Assembly: GCA_964016885.1 (NCBI GenBank)
Contig: OZ024749.1
Span: forward strand, 54,622,001-54,686,000
Origin: Eledone cirrhosa
Lineage: Eukaryota
Length of the DNA: 64,000 nt
Direction of reading: 5' to 3'
Part shown: positions 56,696-64,000 of the stretch, in pieces
Numbering within the stretch: position 1 is the first letter of the stretch
How the letters are laid out: every line of letters begins with the position of its first letter
The notes under the pieces: model-generated
Seen by the model: the letters and a program-made list of their open reading frames with translations, nothing else
Database searches by the model: none
What the model was told of the DNA's origin: nothing
Position numbers and translations under genes: made by a program

Positions 56696-57125
56696 CTTAT
56701 AGAGTGTATTGAATAATGAAAGAGAGGAGAGAGAGAATGAGGGAGAGGAGGAAAGAAAGGAGAGAGAGAGAGAGGGAGAGAGAGAGAGAGGGAGAGAGAG
56801 AGAGAGGGAGAGAGAGAGAGAGGGAGAGAGAGAGAGAGGGAGAGAGAGAGAGAGGGAGAGAGAGAGAGAGGGAAAGCGAGATATGAAGGGAAAGAGCATG
56901 AGTGAAGGATTGTGAATGAGGGATTGAATAAGAGAGAGAAAGAGAGAAACAGAGAGAGTTATCGAACAAGGAAAGTAGAATATGCTAGGAGGAAGACAAT
57001 AGAGTGAGTGAGTGAAGGAGTAAATGAATGATTGAATAGGAAAGAGAGAGAGATAGAGAGAGAGAGAGATAGAGAGATAGAGGAGGAAGAGAGAGAGTGA
57101 GAGAGAGAGAGAGAAAGAAGAGGAA

Positions 57126-57162
<37 letters not shown>

Positions 57163-58707
57163 GGAAAGAGTAAAGAAATAAAACTGATAGAATGAGAAAA
57201 AAAGTGGCAAAATATATGAAAAAAGAATGAATGAGATAGAGAGAAAGTGAGTGAATGAGTGTAGTGTAAAGAGGAACGAGTGGGGAGTGAAATGAACGAG
57301 GGAAATGTAATAGTGAAAAGAGACAAAATGGCGCCAGTCGTTATGGCGTCATCCTATAGAGAAAATGTAATAAGCTGATGAAAATAAGTATTCTGCGCGG
57401 TTCTTATCTCAATAATATGGTGGATTTAATAAGTTTGTTTAGCTGAAGATATTTCAACAGGCGATGGTGAGCTGGTTCGATTGTCGTCCTAGTTTATGTT
57501 GTTGTTATTGTAGTTGTTGTAGTTGTTGTTGTGACTGTTGTCTTTGTTATTATTGTTGCTGTTGTTTTTGTTATTGTTGTTGTTGTTGTGACTGTTGTTT
57601 TTGTTATTATTGTTGCTGTTGTTTTTGTTATTGTTGTTGTTGTTGTGACTGTTGGCTTTGTTGTTGTTGTTGTTGTTGTGACTGTTGGCTTTGTTGTTGT
57701 TGTGCATATTGTTCCCGTATATGATGTTGTTGTTGTTGCAAATGTGACAGTTGGTTTTGTCATGTCTGTTGTTGTTGTTGTTACTGTTGTTGCTGCTGGT
57801 GTTGTTGTTGTTGTTGTTGTTGTCAGCTGCTATTTGTAGTAATGCTGGATATGACGATGATATTAAATGAACATAAGGAACAGCGTTATCACCACCAGCA
57901 GCAGCACCAGCAGCAGCACCAACACTACCGCGATCCACATCACCACCATCATCACTACCACTGCCGCCATCCTACCATAACCACTGACATCACAACACCA
58001 CCATCACCACCACTGCCACCATCACCACCACTGACATCACAACACCACCATCACCATCACCATCATCACCACTGCCACCATCACCACCACTGACATCACA
58101 ACACCACCATCACCATCATCACCACTGCCAACATCAGAGCCTCAATCATCTACCCACGAGATGATACCTACAACCACTGGATTCAGTGACATTGTCAAGA
58201 ACAACAGCAACAACAGTAGCAACAACAACAACAACAATAGCAACAGCAACAGCAACAATAACAACAACAGTAACAACAACAACAGTAGCAACGACAACAG
58301 CAGCAATAACAACAACAACAGTAGCAACAGCAACAACAACAGTAGCAACAGCAACAGCAACAATAACAACAACAGTAACAACAACAACAGTAGCAACGAC
58401 AACAGCAGCAATAGCAACAACACCATTTGACATCAATGTTATTATCATCAACATCAACATCATAAGTACTTCGTTTAAATTTGTTGTTTCCGTTTGTTCC
58501 AAGTAACATGGCTGCCACTTACAATATAGTTATCACAACCATCACTATAGACTACATCAATATCACTGTTGTTGTTGTTGTTGTTGTTGTCGTCTCCAGA
58601 TTCGCTGACGTCTTTCATCTGTCATGCTACGTTGCTGTAATGTTGTTAACAAGAAATTAGCATTGCGTGAGTGCATGAAATCACACAAACACGCACTAAA
58701 CATCAAA

Positions 58708-58768
<61 letters not shown>

Positions 58769-59440
58769 CACACACACACACACATACGCATACACACACA
58801 CATACACACACATACACACACATACACACACATATATGCAGACATACAAACAGACACACACACACACACACACACACATGTACAGACACACATATATGCT
58901 GGCAGACAGAGGCACACACACACACACACATCCACACACACACACACATATATATATATATAGACACATACATACACATGTACAGACACACATATATGCT
59001 GACAGACAGACATACAGAGGCACGCACACACACATCCAAACACACACACACACACGCACATATATGCTGACAGACAGACAGACTAAGGCACACACACATA
59101 CACATATATATATACACGCGTATGTGTACCTGTGTGTATGTGTATGCGCCTGTGTGTGTGAGTGTGCCTCTGTGTCTCCCAATGTTACCATTACTGTGTA
59201 ACTAGAAACTATATGCAACTTATCCTATATCTATATCTACGATATATATTTAAAAGAATGCAAGTCTGTCATGACTTCATGTGTAATGATAAATGAAATA
59301 AGTCGATACCGGATATGAATCCCAGGGAAGAGCACATGCGCAGAAGTAAACTTCAACTTTGGATGCCCGCCTCTCCGTCACTTTCTATATACCCCTCTGC
59401 CTATCTCACCACCTTTCTCTCTCTCTCGCTATCCCCCCCC

Positions 59441-59471
<31 letters not shown>

Positions 59472-59626
59472 ATAACATTCGATTCGTTTGCAATTATGCA
59501 AACAAGCTTCAATTTTATTGCCATGTCAGTAGAATGAACCCTTCATTCTTGTTCTTGTGTTGGCCAGTGAACATTGAGACTTGTTTGCATAATTGCAAAC
59601 TAATCGAATGTTATTATTAATAATAA

Positions 59627-59779
59627 ACTTTGCAGCATAGAGTTACGTCCCTTTATGATCTGAGTTCAAATCCTGCCGAGGTTAACTTTGCCTTTCATCC
59701 TCACGGGGTCGATAAAATAAAGTACCAGTAATGTACTGGGTAGTTGCTGGCCTTGTGCCTAAAATAGAAACAATTATTA
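59627..59779 (+). mobile_element. SINE family A, 5'-truncated
   Basis: B box, central domain and tail intact; inserted after tattattaataata. Confidence 0.9.
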
Positions 59780-59838
59780 ATATTCGAAAAACTCAGATTA
59801 CATTTTTTGTATTCAGCCATGTAGAGCGAAAAAAGTTT

Positions 59839-59887
<49 letters not shown>

Positions 59888-60123
59888 GTTGCTTGTGTTT
59901 ATTTCCATCTCCGGTTAGCTTCCCCCCGTGTTGTTTACTTGTCTCACTCGCTTTACGCGTTTCTATTGTCCTAATAACTTATTTTAGTTATTATCGCTCC
60001 AACGTGAGGTATATGATTTTTAATGCGATGAAATACCCATGATCGTTTGGTAAATCACTGATGAGGGACTCATTTTATAACATGTTATCCATGTGCAACC
60101 AGCAGTATTCTTCTCACCCATAT

Positions 60124-60182
<59 letters not shown>

Positions 60183-61336
60183 AAACAAAGCAAAGTTATA
60201 TATATGGTATGAACCAACATCTGTCTGTTTCGAACACGATATCACATATTTACGAGAGGAAATGTAACCTTTATCCACACATCGACAGCTTCAAAGCTGA
60301 TAATAACAATTTCCCATTCACACTAGTACCATATATTTCTTACTTGATACACGTTAATATTTTCTTCTACTTTCACTTTTGACTTTTTGTTATCTCTTCG
60401 GACCATTTTACAACATTCACTAGCCAAATGTTTAATTATTTCTTATGCGTCTCTACCTATTCTGCATTTGATATCTTTTTGCCATCTAAACTAGTTCCGT
60501 CCGCATATTCTTGCAATGTTTATAATTAAGTTTGCGGTTTCTTTCGTCGAAAGATTTTGCTTTCTATTCTATACTTATGATTACTTCTAAGTCACTTTTC
60601 CGTTTCATCTAGATATTGCTCATGTAATGTTATTTATTCCTATTCCGTTATTTTTATCTTTAACTTCCTTTATATCTTTAGACGAGGTTTTTTTTCTCTG
60701 TCTCTTTTATTTTTTTTTTCTCCTACAGAGAAATCTCTCTATCGCTTCTCTTAACTATCAGAATAGGACTTTTTACGAAATATTCATATGAAGCAGATTG
60801 TTTGTAGTTAATATCGAAGTTAAAAAGAAACACGTGATTACAGAGTGTAGTAGTGTATTGTAATTTCTTTCACCCACCTTGAACTCTCCTTACATCATTT
60901 TATATCTGCCAAGTAGTGGTGGATGTTTTTGTTTAGCCCAAGGTCAGTAGCAATCGAATAGATCAATGGAACGGATCAAAGGCAATTCAGCCAAAACTAT
61001 TTCATCTTATTTTCTAACCTAGTTAATCCAGACCGCAGTTCTACAATACATGTTACTTTTATAAAGATAGTGGGTGGAATTTAATAGAATTTTCGTTGGT
61101 GTTTCTAGCAGGGCAAATGACCACCTTTATGCTGTAATGTCTTCCAGGTGGAACATGAATTAGGTTAAACATTCTTTAGCGTACAAAAATGGTATAACTT
61201 TTACCTAATTCACCTGCATGGTATGGCCTCGTACCTCCTGATGGAGTCATAGGGGCATCATATAGATATACGGCGTTCCTTAAATCATTTTAAGCCTGGA
61301 GGAGCCCTTTCCTATTCAGGTCTGAACACAGAAGTG

Positions 61337-61470
61337 AAGGTGCATGGCTCAGTGGTTAGAGCATTGGGCTTGCAATTGAAAAGTTGTGAATTCAATTCTC
61401 GGACCGGGTAATGTGTTGTTTCCTTGAGCAAGACACTTTATTTCACGTTGCTCCAGTTTACTCAGCTGGG
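61337..61470 (+). mobile_element. SINE family B 5' part
   Basis: A box tggctcagtgg, degenerate B box, ccttgagcaagacactttatttcacgttgctccag. Confidence 0.75.
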
Positions 61471-61925
61471 GTCCTATCATCTCATTTCTATCACCCAAGA
61501 CACCTCCAACGAGATATACCAGCTAAAACTGCATAGATGTGAGCTGTAACAACAACAGCAACAACAGATCTTTTGCAGAGAAAGATAGAAAATGAGAGAA
61601 AACAAGGAAATGAGAAAGATATATAGTGGAAGAATCGACACCAGTACAAGACTGGTACATTTATTTATCAAATTCGAAAGAACGAATGGGAAAGTTGAGC
61701 TCGGCATTCATTCAATACAGATACTTATTTTCATCTAAACTATTCTATAAATATTTACATACTGTCATATAATATCAAATTACTCCACGGTATTTCCAAT
61801 GCAACACTCAATTTCTCGTTAGGAGAGACTTCCAGAAATCAAAATAGCTGTATTTATTGATGCAATTAATATCGTCTACGTTCGGTATTTCCAATTACAT
61901 TCGCCATTCCCTGCACAATAAAATA

Positions 61926-61962
<37 letters not shown>

Positions 61963-62009
61963 ATATATATTTCTCTCTCACACACACTCTCTTTCTTTAT
62001 CTCTCTATC

Positions 62010-62853
<844 letters not shown>

Positions 62854-63182
62854 CACATTAGCAATATATAAAGCAGGAAACAATACATCATATATCTCTA
62901 TTATCTTGTTAATTACTTTAACATCACGTGTCCATCTTCTTCTTGTCCCGCTAGTGATTTACTCTTTGGTTAATTTCTAAAAATCAATATGGATCATTTA
63001 AATTTGTAATCGTACATTATCAGAAGAGATAGTTTGCGGCATTATTGCGCTAAAAATACCTACAAATTCCATCGAAACAGATCTCACAATTGTCATCTAT
63101 AATTGTGGCCCCAATAGCAACACTTGATGTTTGCCTTTATATTCATATGTGGAAAGCCGTTACAATGAATGAACATGTGTTA

Positions 63183-63228
<46 letters not shown>

Positions 63229-63592
63229 GTATATCTTTTCAATCTGAATAATTGATGCTCTGAAAACCAAGGTCCATTGAGCTTAATTATTGACAAAGAT
63301 GATCATCATACATATTACATATGTATTGATACCTTAACATGGTATATATATATACTCGATAACGAGGGGGCAGCCATCATATATATATGAAGTTAAATGG
63401 AAACAACAAAGCAAACACCACAGTACAATGACGAAATATATGCATATATATATATATATTATCACTGCCACATTTGTACTTAGAAAATTAAATTTACACT
63501 CGACAAGCAAGTATTGAGTACTCAATCTGTTAATATTTTAACATTTTAAATACTATGCCATTTTAAATACACATTGTGTTCTTACATATATG

Positions 63593-63695
<103 letters not shown>

Positions 63696-63819
63696 AGGAG
63701 GTGAGTTTTATTGCAGCACAATAAAGCAATGCAAATATCGGATAAGTAGCACTCTACAGTTTGTAGGACTGGAGTATAAATAAAATAAGATCAGAACTCT
63801 TTTAACCATCTTTTGATCT

Positions 63820-63872
<53 letters not shown>

Positions 63873-64000
63873 GAGAGAGAGAGAGAGAAGGACGTTTTCT
63901 GTGTGTGATTCTGTGTATGTATGCACAAGTCTAAGTTTCTTAAGTGCTTCAGTAGATGGCCAGGTCGAGGAGTTCGAGAAGAATTCCGTATCTTCGATAT

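Noticed and set aside
61145-61330. Exon in GC-richer island
   Set aside because: Stops follow the plausible minus-strand acceptor in all three frames, and there is no convincing plus-strand frame.

Overview
AT-rich, microsatellite-saturated eukaryotic DNA, intronic or intergenic. The composition and SINE content suggest an octopus or other coleoid cephalopod, but this is inference only. No protein-coding gene can be called with confidence: nearly all long ORFs are translations of simple repeats, and only a few weak splice-bounded exon candidates exist (best 9992-10052). The window holds about 25 copies or fragments of tRNA-derived SINEs, 3' ends of an L1/Tx1-like and an RTE-like LINE, mariner-type MITEs, several minisatellites, and a 4.05-kb 30-bp array whose only variants are synonymous. 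The main hidden signal, found by hand-folding, is eight type I hammerhead-ribozyme-like motifs in short elements embedded in (TA)n/(CA)n tracts, intact or degenerate and on both strands. They fall into two classes: a minimal U3-A8 class with a palindromic CCGG loop III (two copies form a 317-bp near-perfect palindrome), and a long-loop-II class. This suggests a Penelope/retrozyme-like self-cleaving element system. All coordinates and foldings were read by eye and need computational confirmation.
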